From assembly GCA_964199315.1 (NCBI GenBank), contig OZ116698.1, positions 8,928,001 through 8,992,000 of the forward strand: 64,000 nt of DNA. The letters are read 5' to 3'. Source of the stretch: Orbicella franksi. Taxonomy: Eukaryota. Every line of letters begins with the position of its first letter. The stretch's first letter is position 1. Positions 1 through 17,323 of the stretch are shown one piece after another. A model generated the notes under the pieces. It was not told the origin of the DNA. It saw nothing but the letters and a program-made list of their open reading frames with translations, and did not search any database. A program made the position numbers and the translations under genes.

Positions 1-294
1 TATGTGATGATAACCATCCACAAAAAGCAGCAGCATACCACTTTAGTTCTCAATACATTAAGACAAAAGAATGCTATCTAGTCAAGGCCACCATAATGGG
101 TAAATGTGGATCATACCGAAGAAACACAAGGAAATTCATTGTCAAACAGGAGGTCTCATATATCCCTGGCAACATGTTTTACAAAATAACTACTGGTGCG
201 AGGACAAAGGCATTACCCTGTAGGAAGCGTGATACAACATGACTCATTCTTTCTAAATGGTGGCCACAAAAGCTTTCAGATGTAATACATGTAC

Positions 295-3200
295 CTGGTA
301 GTTTTGCATGGCCTTGTGACAAGTTCCGTTTATGTCGTAACCTTGGCGATGGTGCTACTTCCACATCGTCATCATAATCATCTAAGTAGTAGCCATCACC
401 CAAGCTCAACATGCTGCCGATACTGATCATATCATCATCACTGAGGACAGAATAACAAAATTAATTTATTATTAATGCATGCATGCATCAATTATGTACA
501 ATGAATTTCTGGTTTTAATTAACAACATTAAATTCAATTCCAGAGAAAATAATAGTAAACTAACTAAAGGCAAAATGAAGGTAATAAAAGAAAGCCACGT
601 GAACATGAAGGCTATTATCATCAATAAAATTAAAGTGGGAACAAAAGGTCACGATGCAACAAAAGTTGTGTCCAATAGCTGGGAGCTAAAAGACTTTGCA
701 GTTCCAGGCTAGAGGATTTTATCCTTCACCTGCCTACTGGGCAAGTACAGTTTTCTTCTGGAAAATTCTAAGGAAAACTCAATCTACAGATTAATTAAGT
801 AGATGTATCGCTACTAAGAGATGAAACTAAAGTTTAATTTTAAGTATTAGCAATCATGCTAGTAAGAACTTTCTGGGTGGTGAGGGATGGGGGTGGGGAG
901 GGGATGTGGAGAGGATGTGGAGGTGATTGTCGGGCTAGTACGTCATACAGTGTAATTACCAGAAAATGAAAGTTAATCAGTTAAATCTCGTCACACATGG
1001 ACATGCTCAGTTCATGTTATAGCTTCATGCTGAAGTACACTATACTACAGAAGGGTTGTAAACAATACTCACGTGGCCATTCCTTCCTTGATCAACACAC
1101 AGGTCAGGTTAAATTCAAGGGAAGCTGACACCAACTTCCTACTGGCAACTTTCAGGGTTAGTGTGACATCAAAGGTACGTTTCTCTACACTGACGTAATC
1201 AACCATGTTGATAGCACCTGTAGCAATAGCCTTGCGCCTACCAGTCAGGGACTCCTGTAGTTAAATGAAATGTGAATTAGAGTTTAAGGGGCATTCTGCA
1301 GTCTGGGCCAGTCAATAATGAACACCCATTTACATGGCCACCAAAGGGGCGACAGAAAGTATGTGCAGGAAAAAATACCAGTAAGTACCCGAATTAAATA
1401 CAGACAAATGCTTTGTTTTATAAGCAGGTTTAAGTAAGGGAAAATGTATCCTGTGAGTCACTGGCACCAAAAACAATGTCTACAAAAAATAGTGTCTATA
1501 TCAAGAGGGGTGTCCAAGCAGGCTTTGACTGTATTTACTTGTAGAACCTTCTCTTTAAAGTTTACAATAAGTGAAAGTACTAATTTCTGCTTTTAAATAA
1601 TCCACATGGCAAAGGGCTTGGTACAGTACCATTTTCATGTATGCATGTGCAGTCACGTAATTTAATAGACAGGATAAAATCTGGGCCGTGAAACAGACTG
1701 GCCCAGTTAGTGGCCCAACAAATGACTTCACGCAGTAACTTACATCTTCAATAACAAAGGTCCACTCTTTGTCCTCAAACTGGCTATCTGGTTTTGAGTC
1801 CTTCACATTAAATAATAGAGATTAATACAATGTACATGTTATGCATGGAGGTATGACTTAAATTCCTGTGGTGCATTCCTTTAACAAAATCCAAGATTGG
1901 ATTCTTAAATCCGCAAATGGATTTTGCATTTGAAGTTTACTTAGAAACAGATCAATCCAAGATCACACGGATCATGGTGCATCAAAGGAACCGAAGAATC
2001 CTTGCCCAGAGTGGAAAAGAAACGCAAAATCAGATTTAAGAATCCAATCTTGGATTTTCTTAAAGAAATGCACTCTTAGTTAAGAAAATAACCAAACTGT
2101 GCAATAATTATTTTTGTTTATTTCTAACACATTTATCCAATTCTTGTCTCCACCTTTCCTTTGAAATCTGCTTACAGTCAGCTCACAACAGCACAAAGGC
2201 AATGTCCGCATATCAGCAAAAGAAAGTGGTACAGGGCTGTTGTTGAAAAATTTGACCCTAATCCACAGTTCAGTGAATTTCTGAGTAACACTGTTACATA
2301 CATGTAACTTCTATAGAATTGTAATGATGAAACATTATGAGTGTTTAGTACAATTGTACATACTTTGTTACAAGCACAGTGCAGGTTTGGCATGTTATAC
2401 AAACTATTGAATATTTAAATATATAACATGTTCCAGAGTGATCATGCGCTGATTCAGCGGTGTTACCTTGTACAGCGTAACAGTAATGTCGACAGGATCT
2501 GGTTCTGGCCAAACAATGATGCCTCGGAATGGGTTGCTGATTCCAGGTTGCCATGGCATTGGCTAAACAAACAGTAAAAACTAGGATCTTAAATTGTCAC
2601 CTACTACATCCTCTAGTTATATTTAGTTATCGGCATCTGCTGTGCGATTTGTTAGTTTTGGGAATGCAATAGGACAGTGGAAGATTTTACTGACATAGTC
2701 CCTTGTTAATTAACAAATTTCTTTTTAAACTCATACAGGGTATATGTAAATGTAAATAATTTATATTTCTGAATAAATATAAATAAATACATAATACATT
2801 GAACAAATTGATACAAATTCAAAGGGAATAGCATTATTGCCTATAAAAAGTGTAGGGTTAAAAGGAAATAAAAAGTATGGTTTGCCAATGCTTGGTCCTG
2901 ACAACAGAGAATGTTTAACAGGTACAGTACAGGTACCTCCCTGTGATATTTAACTAAGAAATACATGTATTATTTTCACCTTAGTTAGCTTTCTTCTCTT
3001 CCGTCTTGTCCATACCACAACAAGTTTGTTGGGCTGCCTGGATTTGAATACGTGAAAAAGAAAAAAAAAAATCAGTGTTCAATTAATTTTATGCAAAGTT
3101 CCTTGCTCTATGGATTCAGTGAATTGAAGATCAGATCAAAAGTTCCTAAGCCCCACAACTGTTTTTCCTGGAAGAATCGAGAGTCAAGGTTTCAACAACA

Positions 3201-4551
3201 TTATGTTGATCAAAACCTAACAATTTCCTTTTATTCCCAACTACTTGTTTACATTGCTTCAACAACAACAACAACTTTATTATGACTCGCATATTTACAA
3301 GCTTCCCAACCGAAAATCAGCATTCTGAATTATTTTTTTATTTTGTTCTGAAACAGTTTCAGTCTCAATAAATTTATTGGCGCAGATTTCTGTGCACCAA
3401 TAAGTTCTTAATCTCTTGATCCAGACTTGCTAATCTTTGTTCCTGATCTCCTCTTGGGCTGAGGTCAGACCTTGAGCTAAAAAAACAAACATTCAACTCA
3501 ACTAGACAAAGTGGAGGGATTTTTATCAAAAGGTGCTCCTACATGTATAAAACAAACAACTGCCTTGCAAATCAATCCAAGTTTTAAAATAAGCCATATT
3601 GAAAGTCTGTTTAGAAAAGGAAAAATAAAGTTGCAAAGAAAATTTTTTCCAATGAGAAGTACAACTACACAGGTGCACATGTATAAATATTCATTCATAT
3701 TCATTCTGTACATATATAACGTCAATAACTACAGAGCAATTAACAGATGAAAAGAATGTGCATTACGTATTGATTCAACACTTATATGGTAATTGCTTTC
3801 TGTCAAAAACTTGGACTCTCAATCACGCAAACATCATATTTTCGCCAAAAAGGAGGAAGTTAGAAAAAACTTTCAGTTTCATTGCTTTAATTTCTTTGCA
3901 CTGAAACATTTCATTGTCGCGATTTCTTCGATCCCGAATTAATTTTTTTTAATAAGGATTCCCCATTGAACAGCCATTACATCTACAGCATGGATACCAT
4001 CAGACGTATAGACTGTAAGGCATAAACTTTGTACACAACGACAAAGATAATATCACGCATCCAAACATTTCAACAGAGGCATGGTCAATTTGTAGGAACA
4101 AAAAGATTACTGTATCATAAGCTAAGATATCATGCGCTGACTGGCGATTAAAGCTAAAAGTCAATTCGAAAGTCTTTTCATGCCTCAAAGAACTCTCCAT
4201 TGCCTTTGATTTTCAAATTTAAGCTTATTTAATCTTGGGTAAACTCCATTGAATCGGGGATGGCACAAAGCAAAAAAAAAGAAAAAAAATTACAGGTTTA
4301 GTTTAAGTTTGTAAACAAATTTCCATTTCACACCACCGACACACAAAGTGTTAAGACGTGGTCACAAAAGGGCGTGCTTTTTTTCTCCAAAACATATTTG
4401 AGCTTTATGATTAAATTTATGTAGGCCCACAGTCCTCTTACCATTTTCCACCTCTAACACATTCAACAGTTAACGACTGATATGAGGCAGTGAACTGGAA
4501 TTTTGACGCCTTTTTCCCTACACGTTGTAGTCGTTTCCACACCGAAGTCAT
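295..4551 (-). CDS. EHBP1: EH domain-binding protein 1, N-terminal NT-C2 domain; 5' six coding exons, gene probably continues off the left edge
   Basis: GT-AG exons with consistent phases: 4551-4442, 3037-2980, 2562-2467, 1800-1744, 1254-1073, 440-295. They translate MTSVWKRLQRVGKKASKFQFTASYQSL..W/QPNKLVVVWTRRKRRK/PMPWQPGISNPFRGIIVWPEP../FEDKEWTFVIED/ESLTGRRKAIATGAINM../TDDDMISIGSML, colinear with the remembered vertebrate EHBP1 N-terminus. Confidence 0.93.
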
Positions 4552-5267
4552 CTTCCATTAATTCGGCAGCTGAAGGCCGCTATCGCCCACGACAAACGCC
4601 TGCTTCTTTCATCCACCATTGTTGATAACCCATCGAGCACGGCTTTGCTGCCTCGTATTTTTAATCTTGCATCGAATCCTCTTCGTTCTCGTCGATTACT
4701 ACTCGGTACAACCGAAGATGACCGAGTCAACCTACCCACAATGCCCTTAGCACCCGGGGCTATTTTCGAATCACGGGATCCGCCATATTTCTCGTCTTCG
4801 TCTTCCGGATTTGGTTTTCTATTTTGATTAACTGGCGAGGTAGGTGCTCTTTAATGGAACTTAAGTGTGAGAAGATCGTATATTTACTGTTCCTTAATAG
4901 ACGAATGTAATTTCGTATTCAGTTCTTGACCGATCTTTCGTCATGGGGGTGGGTGACATTAGACTATGAGCTTGCAGTTTCTGCTGACCGCCTTTTTTCA
5001 CGTGTTAATGCGACACAATATCGTTCAGTTTGTTACTGCAAAATATCTCGAAATGATATCTAATTCATACTGGATCAAATCTGGTAACCGTGATTTTTTG
5101 TTCTGAGAATAGTTTAGTCGCATATGAACCGTAGGCTAAAGAAAATTATACGCCAGTAGCTACCGTATTGTATTGCTTAGGCTGCAGGTAGCGATTTTCC
5201 GTCTTCGTAAAGCGCTTTAGCTTCCTCTGACGTATCCTTCCTCCTTTTTTTATTTAGTTTCCCGACC
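4552..5267. promoter_or_regulatory. Probable bidirectional promoter between EHBP1 and RAB14
   Basis: Divergent start codons are only 716 bp apart and the interval is locally richer in CpG than the introns. Confidence 0.6.
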
Positions 5268-9600
<4,333 letters not shown>

Positions 9601-12600
9601 CCAACTATCGCCGCGTCAAGATCTTTGATTTTAATCAGCTAACTTCAAGAAATTTACCCTGTGGGACACAGATGAGAGCATGACTTATTTTCCATAAATG
9701 GTACAAATCATCGGCTTAGTGCAACATTTACATGTAGATACCAGATGCAATATAAATACTTATTATATACTAAGTAGTAAAGGGGAATTGGTGGGGATTG
9801 GCACCGTCTTTACAAATGCCATTTGCCAGTTGTTTGACAGTGTGTTACATGTGGTACATACATGAAGTATTTGTTTGTTCCTGCTAAACTGCCCACCACA
9901 CTAACCAGCAAGAATGATTACAGTGGGCTCAGGGGATTCCAGGAGAATATATTTCTGCTAAAAAATTCACAGTGGTTAAACTTGTCTTGCATGTTAAACA
10001 ATGTAAATGCAATGATATATCACTTTGTCTATTTTTGCAATCTATCTGGATATGGTTATTACAGTCTGTAAATGCCTCATTCAGAAGGGCAGCCAAGGTA
10101 AAAAAAACATTTGACGTTTGTTTGTCTAATAACAAAAATGCTAGGTCCACTGACTACCAGGTATTCCTCATTGGATTGTCACGCAATGCTTTGTTCACAT
10201 CGAGGGACAGTCCTTAATGAAGGAAATTGTTAAAACTTGGTATTGTAATATTTGTACATTTCTTCGTACATAGTGAGGAGGGCAATACCCAAGTGAATTG
10301 TTTTAACCATTCAGCACCAGGCTTAAAATAACAGAAATTAATTTCCCCTTGCTTATATCTTTTGAGATATCCTACAACCAGATGAGATAAGATCAAGACC
10401 GTTAACATGTTTTAACATGTACATAATTATTGATGATGCCTTAACGATCAAGAAAGGTTAAAAAATCTTGGTGTTACAGTAAGGACCTGAAGGATTGACA
10501 CTTGAAGTACAGTATTAAAATACGTGTACATGAACGATGGTATTCCAAGACAACAGATTATGTGTGTTAATATTTCATCAATTTCCTAAAAAAGCTTGTC
10601 TGTCTGTCCTTTGAGGACTAACTCCGTTTAAATGTACCAACATGTATGTTTTTTCAAGGCAGCCTTTCCCATTTGGTTCCACTGAGTGTCCAAGTCAAAA
10701 AAAAAAAAAATCAAAATTTAATTTTGCAAGATGATAAACAAGCAGTTAAACATGAAAGTACTGCTCAACACACTAGGGTTTAATCCACAGACTTAAAAGT
10801 TAGAACCATCTTGTACAGTGTAATTAACAGAACCATGTGAAATTATTGTTCGATAGCTCGCACTCTTAGCGGGTTACATCTGAAGACATCAAAGTTAGTA
10901 TCACAATGATTGATGCAAGGTTTGTTGCCTCTGGGAGTGGGTTAAGTTGGTGTACTCATTTACAATTACATGATCGTGAAAAGCCTGAACTCTTTCAAGA
11001 GCTTCACTGCGGCCATGCAGTACGGCAAATTACAGGTTTAATCAAGACTTTTTAGCTTGTAATGTTAATTAGAATTTGCTGCTGCATAGTTTTGCACCTT
11101 GAACAAAGGTGCCCTTGATACATCTAGGGATTGAATCTACTTGTAGATTAATTACATTGTGATAGAGGTTAGCCTGTCATTGTGGACTTTATTGGTACAG
11201 TATCACAAATCGTTCTCAGAACATTGTCAAATGAGATTCTTATTAAGCCATGGTAGCCTAGTGGGTGGTATTCGCTCAACCGCAGCTCATTCCTTTGTGA
11301 AATGGTCGCACAAGTCTAATGTAACTAATTTGTTCCGTTACAGTAACTAAGACAACCGAAAGTCTACTGCGCCTGCTACGGGTAATCCTTTTGACGCTTA
11401 CATGTATATGATACCAGTGGACCATAGTTTCTACTAAAATGACACGAAATTGTTGTACAACTGAAAATTGTGATTAAATTAAGTACTAAAATACGCAACG
11501 AAATCCAACGGTAGAACGCGGGATTGTCTTTTGCAAATATAAAGAAAAGAGCTGTGTATGTTTATTGTCGCTTCGCTACATGTGGCATTCAAACCTCGCG
11601 GGTTTAGCGAGGGGAAAATGAAGAGCAAAACATCTGCGTTGTGTTTAATTTGAACGCTGCAACAGCAAACAAAGTTAGACAGAATAGTGTTGTTTTGCGG
11701 CAAAATTTGCCTTCCGTTAAATGACTGTGATTTTGATTCTGACTCGCAATTTTCGTTTTTCCCTCGAACACAATCACTAATTTGTTTCTGGGATTTGGTG
11801 TTTAGAGTCCTTTTCGTCTTTACAGAGCCTGGAAGGGAGTTTGCGAAGGGATTTGCTCAGTGTAGGAACGAACTGAGTCAGGAGCGTTGCCCAGCGGACT
11901 TTTTCAAACTTCCTTTCAGCCTCTCCAGAGTAAAATCGATGGTGCGTAGTAGAAGCTGGGAGAAAATGTTGGGGTATGGGGAATTAATTATAACATGTAT
12001 TGCTAGATGCAGTCTCCTTTATTTGTTATTTCATCTAATTCATAAATTCTTTATATACAGTAACTCAATCTAGCCTGCGTACCAAGCGTTCCAGTACGAA
12101 CGAAGAGCTTTTTCTTTTAGCCTCGTCTATTTTTTGCCCTCGCCCAATTTTCGCGTGACCACTGAGCTAGCAGGCGAGAAACTCTTGGTTCGTGCAGGAA
12201 CGCTTGTTACCCAGGCCACACTCAATCTGAATCTTCAGACGTAACGTAATGTCAAAAAGTACCAGTTTAGTTTTTAATAAATAAATAAAAATGAAAATTC
12301 GATTTGTTTATCCAAAAATACTTTAATTTATAATATGAATCTTCTACGCAGTTTTCTCCTTTTTTCGAGAAAATGCGACATTCATTCTCATCGTATTTTA
12401 TTGAAGCTGAATTTTGAACATAATGCTATCACTGTGTTTGAACGACATGTCAATTTGACGAATAATATTTGGAAACTAAAATATTCCACGCCTCGACATC
12501 CCCGTCAAAATTGTTTCAATGGCTCTTTTTCAACAGCCTTTACATCAGGATTTGGGCTTTCTCTCATTGTCCCTATTCGTAATCAAAGAGGCTACTGGAT

Positions 12601-12885
12601 TGCGATTTCTATGCGAGAATCATGCTTTGTTCGATTGCAGCGCGAATGGCTATGGCGACGAACAGCGCGATGGGCACTGGGCACCGAGTAGAAATCCGTT
12701 TTAAAGACAGAACGAATGGTAATATACTTCCCTGTGCCAAGGTTGCTTGGGTTGTTTACCGCTCGAGAAGAATATGTTGTATTTGAAGATTCACTAAAGA
12801 AAACCGACATTTTGGCTTGAGGCCTTGAAAGCCAAAAGGGTTTAAACTGGTGAATCGAAAACGAGAGTGAATCGTGGCCCATTGA

Positions 12886-13258
12886 GGGCCTGTTTACAAG
12901 GAGAGAGGGTTACCCTAGCAAGCGGGTTACTCGCACATTTCCTCTCTTTTCCTTCGTCGCGTTTACAAGGCAGCTGGGGTTACCCGGGTAGGCGGGTTAT
13001 CCTATCTGCTTGCTAGGGTTACCCTGGCAGGCGGGTTAACTTTTTCCCTTGTAAACACTCCAGGTAGGGTTAACCCGCCTACCCGGGTTAGCTTTCTAAT
13101 TGTTTCCAGACCCTTTGAGTGTAACCGCGTATTAAGTTGTCCCGGGTTGTAGGGTTACCCTGCCTGTGAAATTTTGCTTGTAAACCCGGGCTATCTTTTG
13201 CCCTCCAGCTGGGGTTAACCGCTTGCTAGGGTAACCCTCCCTCCTTGTAAACAGAGCC
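12886..13258. mobile_element. PIF/Harbinger-like MITE
   Basis: Long TIRs gggcctgtttacaagg.agagggttaccctagcaagcgggtt / aaccgcttgctagggtaaccctccctccttgtaaacagagcc, with TGA/TTA 3-bp flanks. Confidence 0.8.
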
Positions 13259-13529
13259 TTACATGCCAACAGGAATTTCCGGTTTTTTTCTAAATGGAAA
13301 ACAACGTGGACCTTAATAGCCCTCGAAAATAGTAGAGGAGGGGGGTACTAAGCAATGATTTATTCTGGGGCAGCACAGCGCCCCATTGTGTTTTCCAAAA
13401 TCCTCACTTTTCTCTCCAGAAGTCCATTAGCGTAGCATAATTAACCCTAGGAATAAATATTTTAACAAGAAATAAAACTGTACAAGTAGGCCTAAAATTA
13501 CTATTTTTTTTAGTTCTTCTAATAAGGAG

Positions 13530-14948
13530 TTATTTGTCACCAAGCTCCACGTCATCTGTCCCACCATAGCGAGGCTTACTGCCCGCTGTCCAGTTAGCTT
13601 GCTGTTTTCCTTTCCCAGACGCCCACTTGCACGCCAGACAAGGAGCCATTATGAAGACTTCATATAGAAATGTTAAAACGTTGGTGAATACTCCACCTTG
13701 AGGGCAACATAAACGAACTGCGGAACGAAAAAAGAAACTAATCAATCAAAAGCAATAAATGTTAGCACACGAGATTTGTGTGAAACCACCTTGTGTCATA
13801 TCAGAAACATTTTTGGCAAATTTGCTCAAAAATCGAACACAATTCGCGACATGTAGACTTTTACGGAAAAAAAAAATTGAATTAAAGCTAAGCTTGCATT
13901 CAATTCACGAGTCTATCAGTTTCTACTGGATAATGGTTTTTCCTGAACAGTGTCGCTTTAATTTCCGTTGCTTGACAAAAAGGGAACTGGATGGACAAAG
14001 AACAGACCCAGAGGACACTGGCTCGATCGATCTCTGACCTCTGACCGCTCTGTCCGGCCCGCCTGGAAAGAGCCAGAAACTAGCTAAAGACACTCGCCTC
14101 AGGCGTCATGCTCCTTGGTACTGCACGGAACAAAAAAAAAGTCTTGTGGAATAGGTTGACAATCTCGACACGGTTATGAGGCTCAGTAATACGACTCACC
14201 TGGGAATTATAGGTATAAAATTAAAAAAAAAAATGAAATACAGTGATGCAGTTGGTACTTACATGGCATAAGAAGAAGAACGAAAATGAATCCTAAAATT
14301 GATAAAACAACAAATATTGGCATGAATATTGTAACGAACATCCATCTCTGACATGCGCACGCTGTGTATTCGTCACCATCATCATCGCCGTCGTCATGGT
14401 AACTCTTTGTCTCGCTGCATGCTTGGGATTGTCTTGGGGAAGATTTGCTACCATCTAATAAGAAAGTGAACAAAATGTTACGCGTTAACATTTTGTAGGT
14501 GACTTCTACAGATGTTTTTCTCGTTTTTCTCTTGTAGAATACTGTTCAGGTCAGTCAGCACGCGGTCAAACATCGTCTAGAAAACACGGAACGGGTAGAG
14601 CCTCTACAGTTACATTCAACCATAATGTTGCCCTAATAAATCACTGCGCGCGATCGGTAGATCCTACACTGCTTAAAGTGTGTATTTCGTGCTTATTGTC
14701 TCTCAATTCGACGATCTGACATGTTTGGAACGAGGAGCTGTATAAATTAGAGATTTGTCAAGACGCTAAGATCCTTACAAATTAGCTCAAATTGAACAAG
14801 AATAAATTTTGAAAAAACCTTCTGGCCACTTCGACCAAGCAAACGTGAATTCTGAAACACATGGGCTGTTGGATCAAAGAATACAGTCATGCGAAAAAGA
14901 AAACTGAAAAGTGTAGACTGAAAATAACTTACATTTGAAACAGTCCAT
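13530..14948 (-). CDS. Small Cys-rich membrane protein, 131 aa, TAXIMIN-like pattern
   Basis: Exons 14948-14933, 14454-14263, 13717-13530 total 396 nt, all phase-1 joins, both donors gtaagt. Protein: MDCFKYGSKSSPRQSQACSETKSYHDDGDDDGDEYTACACQRWMFVTIFMPIFVVLSILGFIFVLLLMPFRLCCPQGGVFTNVLTFLYEVFIMAPCLACKWASGKGKQQANWTAGSKPRYGGTDDVELGDK. Confidence 0.8.
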
Positions 14949-15851
14949 CGATTCATCAAAAGTTTTGAGAGTGAAGCACTCAAACTACTGTAAATTTCCA
15001 AAACAGCAAGGAATAAAATAAATCAACCAGCACATGATATTCATTTGTGTCGTCTCATTCAGACTGCAAAGGAAACTATAATATGCAACTACAACGTCTT
15101 CACCAAGGTGCCCAGATGTTCGGCTCGTATAAATGCCAGCTGATGAACAGTTATAATGGACTGATTAACCGACAATAGAAAGTGTTTAAGAATTTGAAAG
15201 CCATTGATCCGGCTGATCTGGCTTTTGGTTTTTTTTTTTTTTTTTTTTTTTCCTTGTCTTTTTTCAAAGCTGGTGCTGTTGTTGCTGTTTGGCTTTATCG
15301 TTGTCAATTGTACCACTAAAAGTAAAAATCCACAGGAATAATTGTCATTAGAGTTTGCGGTTTACGCCCTCACATCTGATTGACTTTCCCTAGCTATAGC
15401 TAGCGATACAAGCGATACATTCATAAAAATAATTCTTCTATCCATGCTTTTCGACTCGTAGTGTAATTCTAAGACAATATGTAATATATTACTTTGCCAG
15501 GTAAAATAATATGAACAAAGGAACAGTAATGCGTGAAAAATGTAAGCAGCTGACGTCCTAATAAAGTATGCACTATGAATTTGGTTCATATCGTAAAATG
15601 TTAGGCAAACATCTGAACAGACGAACAAAAAAGAACATTTCAACAAAACATGTTGTATAACTGTTAGGTAGAACCTGTTGTACACGTTTGAGTACCCTGA
15701 TGCACAATCCAAGATGTTGCAACTTCGTGCAACAGTTTAGTCAAACGTATGCAACCTGTTATACCACGGGTTTTATGCTGCTTTGAGATGTTCCGTGTGT
15801 ATCGTAACTCCGGCCAACTCAAAACCCCTTACAAAGTTGTGCAAAATCGGG

Positions 15852-16008
15852 AATAGACCGTTTTCGATATATTAAAATTCATCTTGGCAGTGAAGCTTAG
15901 AGGACACAAACAAAGGAAATTGAATGGCCATGTTTATTCATTTCTTGTGTTTGTGTCCTCTAGGCCTCAAAATCATGCTGAATTTTAACATCTCGAAAGT
16001 GGCCTATT
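15852..16008. mobile_element. MITE with AATAGGCCA-type TIRs
   Basis: Ends aatagaccgttttcga / tcgaaagtggcctatt; a related element lies at 35269-35461. Confidence 0.6.
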
Positions 16009-16109
16009 ACAACTGGCACTTCAATGGTACATCACAATGTTGGACATGGCAATGTTGAAAGAAAATTTGTCCTCTTTCAGGTGTTTTGTGCCTGGTTACG
16101 TAAAGTCTG

Positions 16110-16341
16110 CGTCAGGCCAGTGGCCCAAACGGTTGGAGCTTATCCCGGTTTCTGTAGTCACTGTTTCCATCGCAGGGTTAACCCCAGCAATAAATTCGCC
16201 GGTACCCTTTTATACACCTGCATGGGTGGAGAGAAGCACCGTAACAGTCAAGTGTCTTGCACAAAGAACACAACGTAATTGTTCCGGCCAGGGCTCAACC
16301 TAGCGTCCAGCGCGCTAATCAAATAGGGCCACCGCGCCTCC
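16110..16341. mobile_element. tRNA-derived SINE-like repeat
   Basis: Contains ccggtacccttttatacacctg..gggtggagag...aagtgtcttgcacaaagaacacaac and a tRNA-like end ..ccaccgcgcctcc. Confidence 0.6.
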
Positions 16342-16405
16342 GTCACCTTGTGAGCTATCATTACAGCATAAAATCTATCAGAGGAAGATCATGAATGAGG
16401 TTTAC

Positions 16406-16941
16406 TAAGGCTGGTTTCCATATGATTAGTGCAATCGTTACTATAAGTGCGATCGTTACAATCACTCCGGAAAAAGTTCATCGACCCATACGAATATCAC
16501 TTCCATATGATCGCCACAATCCTCCGTAGGAAAAAAGATGTCAACTGGTACATTTGCCCATAGTTCTCAGCGAACGAAAACCTTAAAAACGTTCATAAAA
16601 ATGTACAGAAAAGTTATAAAATCTTCAAACCTAGGCTACAAAATGTCCTTAGTACAGGGAAAAATACTGTAAAAATTTGGCTTTTTTTTGCCTCATAGGC
16701 TGTGTCAGGTTCGCAAGGTATTGTGGTAAAATGTACAGCCGCCATCCTTTTTCCTACGGTGGATTGCTGCAGATTGCAGCAATGCCAAGAAGACTGGAAT
16801 CTAACGACGCACGGCATTTGGCATATTTTTCATCACAAATATCGCTACCATCCCTAGAGCAGATCGTCGCGATAGAATTAAAGTCTAAATATCCCAGCGA
16901 TCGTTGTCTCAATGATCGCTACAGAGTTGTTTCCATATATT
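16406..16941. mobile_element. Harbinger-like non-autonomous remnant
   Basis: Begins taaggctggtttccatatgat and carries repeated tttccatatgatcgc subterminal motifs. Confidence 0.45.
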
Positions 16942-17323
16942 AAAAAAAAAATCGGCGATAACAGTGATGGCAACGTGTTCTGAATAAGCAAAACCGTGCG
17001 CATTTATAACGTATGCGGAACCTTACGTCTGTCTACAATAATGAGTAGGAACTGACGACGATAAAAAAGAAAAACAAACGAGAATGTTCATTCGATTTGC
17101 AAGATTTAAAGACCCCTTTAATGCTATAAAAAGGTGCTATAAATGAGCGTACGTGACAACATGCATGAACTCTTTGGCCAGGTGATACGGCAAACGATGT
17201 CAATCTTCTTCGGCACCACCTAGATTTAACGCGACGCTCACAGAAAAAAACAGAATTACATTGATAAGAAATCGAAAGATACCAAAGAAACCGAAAAGGT
17301 CGCTTTCTTCGCTCCCTATTATT

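Noticed and set aside
60-168. Candidate next EHBP1 exon
   Set aside because: The in-phase reading hits a stop and shows no EHBP1 similarity.
12335-12882. Several overlapping short ORFs on both strands
   Set aside because: I found no recognisable motif and no consistent splice model.
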